64,000 nt of DNA from Vulcanimicrobiota bacterium (GCA_963795855.1 CAWCIZ010000002.1:608001-672000); one strand, 5' to 3'. Counted from the stretch's first letter, positions 1 to 10,689 are shown. Numbers and translations are program-made. Notes: generated by a model from the letters alone, not told the origin.

Positions 1-75
1 CGCGAGCGTTTGTATGCCGCCTGCGGCGGCTTGCCGGTCGTCGAACAGCGCCGTGATGTAACTGCGGCCGTCCAT
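1..75 (-). CDS. 5' end of a gene running off the window (possible general-stress-type protein)
   Basis: ATG at 75 opens MDGRSYITALFDDRQAAAGGIQTLA, open to the window edge; resemblance judged by eye only. Confidence 0.3.
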   Translation of the reverse strand, partial: MDGRSYITALFDDRQAAAGGIQTLA

Positions 76-320
76 AACGAGAAGGTCATACCCGTTTTAA
101 ACGCAGGTGCATTGTTTGCCGGATGCGACGAGCAAGCTGCGTCGTTTATCGAACGCTTTAAGAACGATCAAGTAGTATGTTTAGTGCTACCAGGGCAGCG
201 GGCGGCGATTCGCGCGGATAGCACGCTCGACCGTCCGATTTCCGTCCGAAGTAACGGACGCGTGAGGGACTCTTCGAGACCTATCCTTGGCTCATCACCC
301 CATTCCGTGAGGGTCGAGGC

Positions 321-1083
321 ATGCGTCAGTCGATAGTCCAAAGATCCCGGTCCATTCGGATTATGCTACTCGGGGCACAACGTGTCACGGTGGGCGGCCA
401 ACGCGTGGATCCGCTCCTTTCCTCTAAGGCGCTCTTAGTGCTTGCGGTTCTCGCAATGCGTGGTTCCGAGTCCATAACGCGCGAGGAGCTTGCGTTTGGC
501 TTATGGCCTGACTTGTGCGAAACTGAGGCGCGCGCGACACTGCGGCGGCAGACTTTACGCAATCGACCACACGCTTTCGGGCGAAGACGCGTCCGTCCTC
601 ACGCGCAATTCGCAGTTTGTCTCCTGGGCGAACGACACGGAAGTTCAGGTCGACGCACTGGAGTTTATGCGGCTCAGCGATCACCCTGAGACTTTAGAGG
701 ATGCTGCGGCAGTTTACGGCGGTGATTTCGCACCGCAGATCGATCACAAATGGGGGCGCGAAATTCGAGATCGATTACAGCGCAAAATGTGTCATGTGCT
801 GGATCAACTGATAGCGCAGTACCGAAACAGCCAGGACCCGCGTCGATCCCTGGATTACGTCGAACGCCTACTCAGCGTAGATCCGTGGCGCGAGGACGTC
901 GTGCGGGACTTCATGATGATGCGCTACTTCGTCGGCGACCGCGTCGGCGCATTACGATTCTATCGTTCGTTCGTCCAAAATCTACGTTCGGAATTCGACG
1001 TCGAGCCAATGCCGGAAACGGTAAAATGCTTTGAATCGATTTCCAATGGTTCTCGTCCGCGCGTAGGCGAAGGAGCAGCATAA
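321..1083 (+). CDS. Stand-alone winged-helix + BTAD (SARP/AfsR-like) transcriptional regulator, frameshifted near 555
   Basis: ORF 321-689 has REELAFGLWPD..EARATLR; ORF 490-1083 has VDALEF, YGGDF, LLSVDPWREDVVR, EFDVEPMPET (BTAD hallmarks). Confidence 0.8.
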
Positions 1084-1610
1084 TGAAAGGGATCACGCTC
1101 TTCCGGACGGTCGATGACGCACGAATCGAGGGCTTCGAAGTCTACAATGATTCCTATCTGGAGTACGTGATCGTCTGCAAAGAAAGAACGGGACAACGGG
1201 TGTTCGCGATAGCGCTTCGAAACAGCTGACAATATGCAGGCCGCGTTTTCCAAATCGGTCGGGCAAAAGTCATTCATCGCGTCGTGAAAGGATCTCCAAA
1301 AGCCGTCTTTGGCCTCCACAACCTTGTCTCTAACAGCCTTTGGAAGGCCTAGTGCCCATATCTTGATTTCGATTCGAGGCACAGCGTTATCGCATACGAT
1401 CGAAAATTCCAGGTGCTTGGCGAGCACTTGTGAGCACAAGTCGTTCCAGTCGGCCCTAGATTTATTCCAAACATTACGGCTGAAATAGTCGAAGGCGGCT
1501 TGGACTTTGTCGCTGCGAATCGCCAGATAGGTGGGAACGCCTCTTCCTACATACATCCACCGTACACCCCGTTTCGGACGCCGGAAAGCGAACAGGAGGA
1601 AGACTTGCAT
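960..1610 (-). CDS. Hypothetical protein (both ends uncertain)
   Basis: Long open frame filling the gap between two regulators, protein-like composition; 3' end overlaps the BTAD gene. Confidence 0.45.
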   Translation of the reverse strand: MQVFLLFAFRRPKRGVRWMYVGRGVPTYLAIRSDKVQAAFDYFSRNVWNKSRADWNDLCSQVLAKHLEFSIVCDNAVPRIEIKIWALGLPKAVRDKVVEAKDGFWRSFHDAMNDFCPTDLENAACILSAVSKRYREHPLSRSFFADDHVLQIGIIVDFEALDSCVIDRPEERDPFHYAAPSPTRGREPLEIDSKHFTVSGIGSTSNSERRFWTNER

Positions 1611-1682
1611 CGTCTTCCCGAGAAAAGTCACGCGGTTCGCGTAGGAGTCTAGCGGGCCCTGCCCGCGGGAGGCGCTCCGGCC

Positions 1683-4600
1683 GTGGAGATCAGGCTTTTC
1701 GGCAGGGTGGAAGTAGTGGATCGACGCCGTGAAGGCGCCGCGGCGATCTCGCTCCCTGCTGCTTCGAAATCGCTGCTGGCTTGGCTTCTTCTGCATCGCG
1801 GCGTCCTCTCGCCGCGCCAGACCGTCGCATTTTCCTTATTTCCGGACGAACCGGAAGAAACTGCGTTTGCGAACCTGCGCCGCCACATTCATACGCTTTC
1901 GCGCAAACTTGCCCAGGCGGATTCCGCAAACCAGTGGATTCTTGCGGACCATCAGAACATCGGTTGGAATACAAGTGTTCCCTTGGACCTTGATATCGAC
2001 GCGTTCACGCACGCTTGCGACACGCCCGGTTTCGGGCTGACTGCTGCAGCGCTTTACCGCGGCGAGTTGGCTGAGGAAGTCGGTGCAGCGTGGATTGTTC
2101 CTTACCGCGATCGATTTCAAGAGCGCTTTGCCGACGCCTGCCTTACCGGCGCGGCTTACCAGCACGCAAAAGGTGATGATGCGGTCTGTCTAAGGTTGCT
2201 GCAAACTTATCTCGATCGTGAACCATGGCACGAGAGCGCTCTGCGCTCGCTAATCCTCGTTCAGGCGCGAAGCGGAGAGCGCCTTAACGCGCTTCAGCGG
2301 TTTGATGCATTTCGGGAGGAACTCGCACGGGGAGTCAACGTTGAGCTGTCCGCAAATCTTTTGCGTGCCGTAGCATCCATCAACAGTGGAAATTACGAGG
2401 AGCCATTTCCAGACAGCCGCCGAAGCGAACGTGCCTCCTCCACGGCGTCGCATGACACTCAAACTTTGAACCCGCATTTGGGGTCTGACAGTTTTCGGGG
2501 CCGAGAGCGACACGTCCAGACCATCTTGAAAGCGCTGGATGCGCGCGTTGCTTCGGGCACTGTGGCGGTCGTTACGGGTGCGGCCGGAATCGGCAAGACC
2601 CGCTTAGCAAGAGAGATTGCGTATATTACGACGAAGCACGACAGGCGCACGTTCAGCGTTACGTGCGCGATGGAGTCCCGGCGCCCGTACGGGCCGCTCA
2701 CGGACCTCATTGCCCTGCCCACGTTTAGTACTCAGCACGAGCTTTGGCTTGCAATTGCCGCAGCATTGAATCGCCTCGGAGGCAACCGGCGCACGCTCAT
2801 CGTTATCGACGACGCGCATTGGGCGGATAGCGCCACGCTGGAATTGATTCGCGGCTTACGTAACCTGCGGGCGGCGATTCCCGACATGCTGCTTCTTTAC
2901 CGCTCCGAATGCGAAGATGCCAACATCCCAATTAGTGAGTTTCGAAATATCGCCGACGTCTTTCTGGAACTCGGTCCGTTAGATCAGGACGAACTAAAAG
3001 CAATCGCGTCAGAAACAGTACAGGGGATGGACGCTCCGGAAGAGGTGCTCCAAAGCATTGCCGAGAGCTCGATGGGCAGCCCGTTGCTGGCGCAGGAATT
3101 GGCGCGCTACACGATGCTTAAAGGCGCGAAACAGGGCGCCGTTCCTACCCTGCCGGCCTTCGTATCCGCAAGCATTTCATCGACGCTTGAGCGAGTTTAG
3201 CGATGAAGAAATCACCGTACTAGAAGCGGCGGCGGTATTGGGATCGACGTTTTCAGTAGAGATTCTCCTGCGTATTTGTGGTCGCTCCGAAACCTTTACC
3301 CGCCAAGTGCTGCGAAAGGCACGCGACCTGGCCTTTCTGAAAGCGGGCGCAGAAGTGCGTTTATGAGCTTCGCGCACAACCTTTTCCGTGAGGCGATTGG
3401 GGCGCGGCTTCTGGCCGATGAGCGGATGGCAACTTCATCGCCGCATCGCCAATGAGATCGATAAGCACCCCTCAGAAGAAAGCCTCGCCGATCTCGCTTA
3501 TCATCTTCGCCAAGCCGGGGAACACGAGCGGAGTGCCGGAAGATCTACAGCGCCGCAGCCGACCGCGCATGCCTGCTTTACGCGCTTCGGGACGCCTCCG
3601 ATTACTATGACGCCGCACTTAAGCAGTGTGACAACAGCGAGCTCGCCAGAGTAATTGCGTTGAAACGCGCTGAGACGCAGGTTGCACAAGGATTGCTGGA
3701 CGAGGCTCGACGAGGCTTCGAAGCGTTGTTGGAGCAGGTGGAAGGCGATAGCCATGCAGATCCGCTGATTCGAGCGACGCTTTTGTTGCGGTTGAGCATT
3801 TGCGAATGGTCGGCGTTACGACGACAGGCTTCCGTTTTTTGGGCGACTCTGTGCCCGCGATGTTGCCGCGGCTTCCGACGCGTGTGGGGCGCAGAGCGCT
3901 GAAGCAACAGTGATGCTAGCGCGCGCTGCAGTATTGCGTGGCGACGCCACTGAAGCGCTCGATTATCTGGAGGCAGTTAGGGAAACCACGGAGCCCCGCT
4001 TGCGACTGAGTGCTGCGGGCTATCGCGGCTTAGCCCACGGCATGCTCGGAGATCAGTGTGCCGCGATCGAGTCGGTCACCATGCCTGGCGGAGTCCGACT
4101 TTCAGTATGCGGACGTTTCAACGCTCGCGGCTTTTCGACAAAATCAGGGCATCACGTTCGGCTGGTTCGGTCGCTTAGCGGAATCTCGCGCGTCATTTGT
4201 TGCCGTTGCCGACATCGGTCACAGAGCGCGTAACGACATTATCGAAAGCATCGGCAACGTCGGAATGGGCTACGTCGCACTTTACCGCAATGACATCGAT
4301 ACGGCGCGCAAATGCTACGCTGTTGCGGCTGCATTGACAGATGGGCGGCAAAATGTTGCCACTTTATACACCACAGCGCTCGGGTTAAGGCTGGCAGTTG
4401 CCACGAAAGATCGGGCGCTTGCGCAGAGCCTAATCAGCGAAAGCTCTTTGAAGTTTGCGAAACGCGGGATGACGTGCTTTTTGCAAATACACTTACGGGC
4501 GGGCTTATCGAATACGCATCGGAGTTTGGAGAAATGGAACGCGCAAAGCTCTTGCTCAAATTTTATTTGTCTGCGCTGAGGGCAGGATCAGGACTGATAT

Positions 4601-4890
4601 ACATTCTTCCGAGCGTTCTTCACATTGGCGATGACGACGACATGGACCAAGCGCTCTCTCTTGCACGGGCTTGGATCACGAGCGGCGATAATAGGATGGG
4701 GGAAGCGTTCGTGGCGGTCCTTTCTGCGGCGCGGCAATTCTCCGCCGGCGAGGCCAGAAGTGCTAAGGCAGCGTGCCTTTCCGCGATCTCTTCCTTCGAG
4801 CAACTCGGAATGCATCGTTTCACGAGCGTTGCGGAGTCGCTCGGAACGCGCGCGCTCGCCGAGAGCGCGCTGCACCGTTCAGGAGGTTAA
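1683..4890 (+). CDS. BTAD + AAA/STAND-type ATPase + TPR-like regulator, with many frameshifts after ~3180 (error or pseudogene)
   Basis: IRLFG..LLAWLLL, LYRGELA, EPWHESALR (BTAD); Walker A GAAGIGKT; Walker B LIVIDD; GSPLLAQEL; LEAAAVLG; helical fragments in ORFs 3058, 3388, 3660, 3910, 4058 and 4312. Confidence 0.8.
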
Positions 4891-5568
4891 GACCCCGGTA
4901 TAATTCGGTTTAAGGTACTTCGCCGTGAATTCACCGGTCCCGGGCTCGATTTGTGACTGCGTCGCATCGAGGCGTTGCCAGTTGCTCCAATTTCCATGGC
5001 GATCGCGACTCGCCAGGCGAGCGTTTTGCCAACCAACAGCAGCGGTGCCGGAATAAGGATGCAGGAGGGAGTCGCTCGGCTCGATTGTGGGCCCCCAGGA
5101 GCCATCAAATGGGAATTGGGTCTTTTGTTGCGATGCCTTTGATTGGTACGGCGCGGTTTTGTAGAGTTGGTGAACCTGTTGCCCAGCTTGGTCACTGATG
5201 CAGAGTTCATTGACCCAGCCTGCAGGGGTGCGGTACGTCATATTTTTTATCGTGAGCACTTTAAGATCGAATCCTGCGAGGTTCGTCGTCGACACGAACG
5301 GGTCGAACGTGCGCGAGGCAATCGGGGTGAGCGGAAAAAGAAAATTGTTGGTGCCACGATCATATATTCCGAAGGCCGGCGCTATGCTCTTGTGATAGGC
5401 CACAAGCCCCTCGCAACCGAGTGAAGCGCGATTCGCAGCGGTGATGTAGATGTGGTTGTCATCGTTGGGATCGAAATTTCCGCCTATGGAATCAGAAAAT
5501 AAGATATCCCAAAGTATTGCCGTGCCGGTGTCCCAATCGGCCTTAAATGCCCGGCGTGTAGCGAACAA
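4879..5568 (-). CDS. Hypothetical protein, probably beta-rich
   Basis: 229-aa ORF with protein-like composition; start uncertain. Confidence 0.55.
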   Translation of the reverse strand: MFATRRAFKADWDTGTAILWDILFSDSIGGNFDPNDDNHIYITAANRASLGCEGLVAYHKSIAPAFGIYDRGTNNFLFPLTPIASRTFDPFVSTTNLAGFDLKVLTIKNMTYRTPAGWVNELCISDQAGQQVHQLYKTAPYQSKASQQKTQFPFDGSWGPTIEPSDSLLHPYSGTAAVGWQNARLASRDRHGNWSNWQRLDATQSQIEPGTGEFTAKYLKPNYTGVLTS

Positions 5569-5897
5569 CGTACGATGTGGAGTTGTTTAAAACGTTAATG
5601 GGAGCCGGTCCTTTGCGTAATCCACCAGATGATAAGCGCATACGAACCTCACATTGAGATCACGTCCAATGAACGTGCCACAAGCATAAGGCGACCGGCG
5701 CAAATGTCAATAACGCCGCTCGGAACGTCTTCGCGCAGTAGGCGAGTTATCGCTCGCGCGCACACACCGCGGTGCCTTCGAAGCCTCAGATATCCCTTTA
5801 CGCGGACGCGGCCGGGACGCCTATTTGCTACGAATATCTCATGGAACGCGAGTCCGCGGACCGCTTCGCGGCCGTAGGACGAGAAAGGCTGTGGATT

Positions 5898-6290
5898 ATG
5901 AGATCGATTCGAACAATTTTGGCGCTTATCGCACTTCTATTCGGCGTTGCGCTTTTCGGTGCCGGAACACATCCGGCGTCGGCGCAGAATATAACGACGG
6001 GCACTTGTGCGAGGCTCACCGCGACGCCGTACGTAATCGCCGGCACAGCGCTGGGCGGCAGCCACTACATCGTAATGGTTGGGAACGTCAGTTGTGCGCA
6101 AGCATCATCGTGGATTAAAAAGATTCTTGCGCAGCGTTTGTCCGGCCCACCTGACGAGGACATGGATGTGAAAGGCCCGGCAGGCTATGCGTGCCGCGCT
6201 TCGCTGGACGGCCGAGGCCATCCATATCAGGGGCGGTGCGACAAGAACGGTGCCAAAGACACGGGATTTCAATGGGTTATGGGCGGTTAG
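5898..6290 (+). CDS. Small secreted protein with four cysteines
   Basis: Signal peptide MRSIRTILALIALLFGVALFGAGTHPASA; four Cys in the mature part. Confidence 0.7.
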   Translation: MRSIRTILALIALLFGVALFGAGTHPASAQNITTGTCARLTATPYVIAGTALGGSHYIVMVGNVSCAQASSWIKKILAQRLSGPPDEDMDVKGPAGYACRASLDGRGHPYQGRCDKNGAKDTGFQWVMGG

Positions 6291-6352
6291 CGACGCTCCG
6301 GCCGTGAACGCTGCCGCAGGTGGGGAAGTCTGCAACAGGAAGCGTTTCCGCG

Positions 6353-7297
6353 ATGATGCGTGGGCAACGGTACAGGCGGGTCGCCCGATATGCGACGCTT
6401 GCCATTGCGTTGTGCGCTTCTGCGTGCGCGAGGCCGGCGGAGAAACCTGCGGCGGCAACGACCTCAATACCCATAAGCCTGCGCGCGCGGGACAATATGG
6501 TCGTTCGCATCGGCACGCCAATGCCATCGCTCCCGCCTCTTACCCCGGCGCAAGAAGCCCTGGTGAAATGGCGCGAACGCGGCTGGTATGAGATTGCATC
6601 GACCAACGACCGAGTGTACACCCAAAGCCAATCGGGTTTGCAAGCACTCCGTGCATCGGATGCCTCCGTAGTATGGCGAAACCCCAAGTGCAAGCCCGGA
6701 GGAGCGACGCTTTCCATCATCGGCGACGAGCTGTTCACCGTCTGCACCCCAGGTTTTTTGAGCGTCTTGAACGCGAATACCGGCCGAATTTTACAAACTG
6801 CGCCCGTACGAATGGACGGAATCAATAGCGTTGCCGTCGCCGGCAAAGAATGGCTCGCGGTGCAGGGCTGGAGCGGCGGAGCCGCGCTGGTGAATATCCT
6901 CGTCATCCTCAGACGGAACACCTTACAGCCGATTAACGATCGACCAATTACCGATGGCACGTTCCTTGGCGTTATCGGCGATCGCGCTTACATCGACGAC
7001 TGGTGCTGCCACGGCCGCGCGGACGAGTACCGTCCTGCAACGATTTACTCGATCTCTTTGCGAGATGGAACGCAAAGCGCGCCCGTCGATCTGAGGCCTG
7101 ACCCGAATCGCCATCCGGCAAATTTGCAGCCGTTGGGTCAAGGCGAACACAACTACATGCAAGGGCACTATTTGTACGTCCCGGTTGACGATGTGTTGTA
7201 TCGCTATGACATTTTGCATCTGCGCCTGCCGCCGAAGCGTACGCGGATTCCGGCTCAGCCTCCGCCGCGGACGCCACCGCCGGCAAACACCCAGTGA
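6353..7297 (+). CDS. Putative lipoprotein, PQQ-like beta-propeller
   Basis: Lipobox-like ALCASAC; repeats such as LQALRASDASVVW and LSVLNANTGRIL; Pro-rich tail. Confidence 0.6.
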   Translation: MMRGQRYRRVARYATLAIALCASACARPAEKPAAATTSIPISLRARDNMVVRIGTPMPSLPPLTPAQEALVKWRERGWYEIASTNDRVYTQSQSGLQALRASDASVVWRNPKCKPGGATLSIIGDELFTVCTPGFLSVLNANTGRILQTAPVRMDGINSVAVAGKEWLAVQGWSGGAALVNILVILRRNTLQPINDRPITDGTFLGVIGDRAYIDDWCCHGRADEYRPATIYSISLRDGTQSAPVDLRPDPNRHPANLQPLGQGEHNYMQGHYLYVPVDDVLYRYDILHLRLPPKRTRIPAQPPPRTPPPANTQ

Positions 7298-7392
7298 GAA
7301 AGCGCTGATCGCGCTTCACGTCGCCGGCGAGCCGAGCGAAACCTTTCCTGCTCTGCAGCGTATGCCGGTTAGGGCGTGGAGAGGGGTGCTTC

Positions 7393-8103
7393 ATGGACGT
7401 TCTCAATCGGAACGCCAGAACTGCCGGATGGCTTTATCTGGCGTTGGTAGTGCTGGGGCCACTACCGCTAATGATTATTCCGAACGCATTGTACGTGACC
7501 GGAAATCCCGCAGCGACCGCGCACAACATCGCGACGCACGAGGTTCTCTTTCGCGCCGGCATCTTGGATCTCTTAATCGCCGGCACAGTGGAAATTCTGC
7601 TTGCGCTTTCGTTCTACCGGCTGTTCAGCGTCGTGGATCGCAGTCTAGCCGCGGTCCTTGTCGCGTTCGGCGTCGTGTCGGTACCGATTTCATTTGTGAA
7701 CGAACTGAACAGCGTCGGTATGCTGCTCTGTGCAAAAGGCGGTGCCTTCTTGTCGGCCTTTACACCGGCGCAGCGTGAGGGTTTGGTGACGCTGTTCGTC
7801 AATCTGCATCACTACGGAAACGTCGTCAACGAAATGTTCTGGGGGCTCTGGCTGCTGCCGCTCGGCATGCTCGTGTATAAGTCGGGATTTCTGCCGAAAG
7901 TTCTCGGCGTTTGGCTCGTGCTCAACTGTTTCGCGTACGTAGCGCAGTGCATAACCGGCATCCTTTGGCCGCAGTCCATCGACGTGGTCGATAATATCGC
8001 GTTTCCCGTGCAATTCGGCGAAGTCGCCATCATGCTGTGGCTGATTATCATGGGTGCAAGGCCGACGCTATCGTTCGCACGGCGCGTATCCGGCGCAATC
8101 TAG
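7393..8103 (+). CDS. DUF4386-family membrane protein
   Basis: ARTAGWLYL, AATAHNI..LFRAG, FWGLWLLPLG.LVYKSGFLPKVLG, GEVAIMLWLIIMG. Confidence 0.8.
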   Translation: MDVLNRNARTAGWLYLALVVLGPLPLMIIPNALYVTGNPAATAHNIATHEVLFRAGILDLLIAGTVEILLALSFYRLFSVVDRSLAAVLVAFGVVSVPISFVNELNSVGMLLCAKGGAFLSAFTPAQREGLVTLFVNLHHYGNVVNEMFWGLWLLPLGMLVYKSGFLPKVLGVWLVLNCFAYVAQCITGILWPQSIDVVDNIAFPVQFGEVAIMLWLIIMGARPTLSFARRVSGAI

Positions 8104-8183
8104 CCGGGTTTTGTTCAGCCACCTATGCCACCGTTTCAAAAAGCGTGCCGATTTGCGCTAATTGCGGCATATTACCTGTTCCG

Positions 8184-8708
8184 TCATTCGACGATCGAGA
8201 ATGCCTCCGGATATGTCGCGTGCGCGTGCCCATCCGATAGACTCGCGGGCTTGATCTCCAGTGCCATCCACGCAGCGCCGGCTTTCGAATACGGGCTGCT
8301 TACGCGCCGAGCGATATCCGATGAAAAGCCGAAACGTGAGTAATAAGATGGATCGCCAAGGACGAAAATAGCGGCGTAGCCGTGTCGTGCGGATGCGCGC
8401 ACGCCATGCTGAATGATCCTCGATCCCACGCCCTGCCGTTGGTACTGAGGCAGCACCGCGACGGGTGCCAGCGCGAGCGCGTCAATCCGGCCATCCGAAG
8501 TGGAGACGGAAATGCGGCTGAAAATGGCGTTGCCTACGATCTCGTTCCCGATTTCCGCTACTACAGATGAAACGATGCGAGCCTCTTCTCTAAGGCGGTC
8601 CACTAGGGTTGCCTCAGCGTCGCGCCGGAACGCCTTTTGATGAGCAATTCGCACGCCAGAAATATCTGATGGCCGTTCATCGCGAATGACGGCGTCTACG
8701 TGATGCAC
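8184..8708 (-). CDS. GNAT N-acetyltransferase (YhbS-like)
   Basis: LAPVAVLPQYQRQGVGSRII, VLGDPSYYSRFGF. Confidence 0.9.
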   Translation of the reverse strand: MHHVDAVIRDERPSDISGVRIAHQKAFRRDAEATLVDRLREEARIVSSVVAEIGNEIVGNAIFSRISVSTSDGRIDALALAPVAVLPQYQRQGVGSRIIQHGVRASARHGYAAIFVLGDPSYYSRFGFSSDIARRVSSPYSKAGAAWMALEIKPASLSDGHAHATYPEAFSIVE

Positions 8709-8901
8709 TGCGGACTCGTTATGGCAAGTTCTTCGCAAACCTGCTATACATGCTGTCGCATAACTCAATCAACAACTCCGACATAACGGGTATAGTGCCA
8801 TCTTGCGTCCATCAACGCGAGTATCCCCTTCACGAAGAGGATTCTCCGCGGGCGGTTCCGGGCCGCGCAACCATTTTTAGCAGCGCCGCCTCTTGCGTAG
8901 C

Positions 8902-9563
8902 ATGCAACAGACGACTAGACAACTTCACGAATTACGGCGTCAGCCTGCGCCCGCCGGCCGCTGCCAACCGCTCGCAGTCTTCGACGGTTTACTTTGGACG
9001 GGCTCGTGGGACACGGATCGAATCTACGGGATCGATCCCAACACTTGGAGCGTTGTACAGGAAGTCTCGGCTCCTGGAAAACCGTACGGTATCGCGACGC
9101 TAAGCGACGCGCTGCATATCGTCGTTTCCGACGGCGGAGAGGAAGACGATCGCTATATCTATCGCTACGTTCCGCTCGAGGGCTTTGTTGCGGAAAGTAA
9201 GACGCCATGTCCGCAGATGACGGGATCGCACCTGACCTCGGACGGCAAGCGACTCTACCTCGGACAAGCCCACGAACGCCGAATCGTCACACTGGACGCG
9301 GCGTACGGTATCACCGCCGCGTTTGGCCTGTCGACCCGCACCGGGGGATTCGGTTTCGGACCCGAGGGCAAGCTTTATTTCATCGCTGCCGATGAGGATT
9401 TCGACAACCTCAAGTTTGGAACGCTCGAGTTGAAAACCGGCGATTCTGCATTCGAAGCGATCGCGACGATGGACCCGGGATTTCGGTCGCTCGCGTTCGA
9501 CGGCTCCGTATGGTACACATCTGACCGCGAAGACGGCGAGATCGTCACCTTCACCGTTGTTAG
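8902..9563 (+). CDS. Hypothetical beta-propeller protein (glutaminyl-cyclase-like repeats); 3' end uncertain, ORF as sequenced runs to 9807
   Basis: Repeats LAVFDGLLW, LTSDGKRLY, LAFDGSVWY; no signal peptide. Confidence 0.65.
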
Positions 9564-9747
9564 GGAATTAGTCGCCGGAGTAATCGCCGTTAGCACCGGA
9601 GTTATAATTCGGCGCCGAATTTATCCAGCGAGCGCCGAGTTTCGCGTAATCGGCCGTACCCACGCCTACCATGCTGTCGCCCGCGTGCAGAGTACCATGC
9701 GGGGCGACGCAAGTTCGACGATGCACGCACTTTTCTGCGCGCTCGAC

Positions 9748-10590
9748 TCAGCGTGTACGAAAAACAGCTGCGGTAGTGGGTGCGTCGGGGTCGAAAACGA
9801 TTCGTAACACATACGTACCGGCCTGCGGCGTACAGTAGATCGTCTTCGGATAATACAATGTGTTACGAGCGGCATCGATACCGGTGCGATCGATGTCTGC
9901 GTTCCCGCTAGAAAGGACCACGCGCGCGTCAGAGGCGCGTCCATGCGCATCGATCGTCACGCGTACGTAGGTGATTCCGGGGCCGAATCCGGAAGATCGC
10001 GCGCTCATCGGATATGGCGGCGCGGCCCACGTTTTTAGCGTGGCGTCTTGATAGTAAGGCATGCGGCACTCCGCGTCAGCGGCAGTGTCGGCATCGGACA
10101 CCCACGTTGCGACATCCGGCGGCACCTGCTGCCCGGACTGTTTGTACGCCATCGCGACGTAGCGCAGAAATTTCGCGAGGAAGATATTGTTTGCGGGCAT
10201 GACGTCGTGCAAATCGCGCAGTCGTTGGGTCATCGCGTTCACGAGCGGCTGCGAGACGCGCTCAACCTTCGTCTCTTCCTCATACCAATATGCGGCGAGC
10301 ATATCGTACGGAAGCTTTATATCATCGCCGCAAGTGGGCAGTGTGGCATGAAAGTCGAGGCCGATATCATCGAACGTCTTCGCCGTTTGCTGCACTGCCG
10401 CATTAAGAGCCTGTGCTGATGGCGCCAGAGACTTATACTGCCAGAGCAGTTCGTAGCTGTGAGATGTCGCTTTGCCGATGGTGTAACACGCGGGCGCGGC
10501 GCTCGCGCGCGAAGATGCGAAGAGTGCCAGCATCATACACGTTGCGCTAACGAGAACGAAGCGCGAGGTTTTTAGGGTGTGTGTTTCCAT
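9748..10590 (-). CDS. Secreted protein with C-terminal TonB-family domain
   Basis: Signal peptide ..ASSRASA; PPYPMSAR..G..VRVTIDAHG..V.LSSGNADIDR. Confidence 0.75.
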   Translation of the reverse strand: METHTLKTSRFVLVSATCMMLALFASSRASAAPACYTIGKATSHSYELLWQYKSLAPSAQALNAAVQQTAKTFDDIGLDFHATLPTCGDDIKLPYDMLAAYWYEEETKVERVSQPLVNAMTQRLRDLHDVMPANNIFLAKFLRYVAMAYKQSGQQVPPDVATWVSDADTAADAECRMPYYQDATLKTWAAPPYPMSARSSGFGPGITYVRVTIDAHGRASDARVVLSSGNADIDRTGIDAARNTLYYPKTIYCTPQAGTYVLRIVFDPDAPTTAAVFRTR

Positions 10591-10649
10591 TCTCAGCTCG
10601 CCTCTCCATGCATTCGACACCAGACCGCATTTTGCCGCCTAGGTGCATC

Positions 10650-10689
10650 AGAAACGAAATAGTTCAATGAATCGAAGTTCATTGAACTA
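10650..10689 (-). terminator. Intrinsic terminator downstream of tmRNA
   Basis: Perfect 12-bp stem TAGTTCAATGAA/TTCATTGAACTA (10660-10689), followed on the minus strand by TTTCGTTTCT. Confidence 0.7.

Noticed and set aside
5890..5898. Near DnaA box TGTGGATTA
   Set aside because: One mismatch, isolated, overlapping a start codon
9606..9621. Perfect palindrome AATTCGGCGCCGAATT
   Set aside because: Single copy with no associated promoter, recombinase or repeat
9564..9807. C-terminal extension of the propeller ORF, and a 34-codon minus-strand ORF MVGVGTADYAK..
   Set aside because: The extension overlaps a convergent gene and loses the repeat pattern; the small ORF lacks an RBS and any supporting evidence
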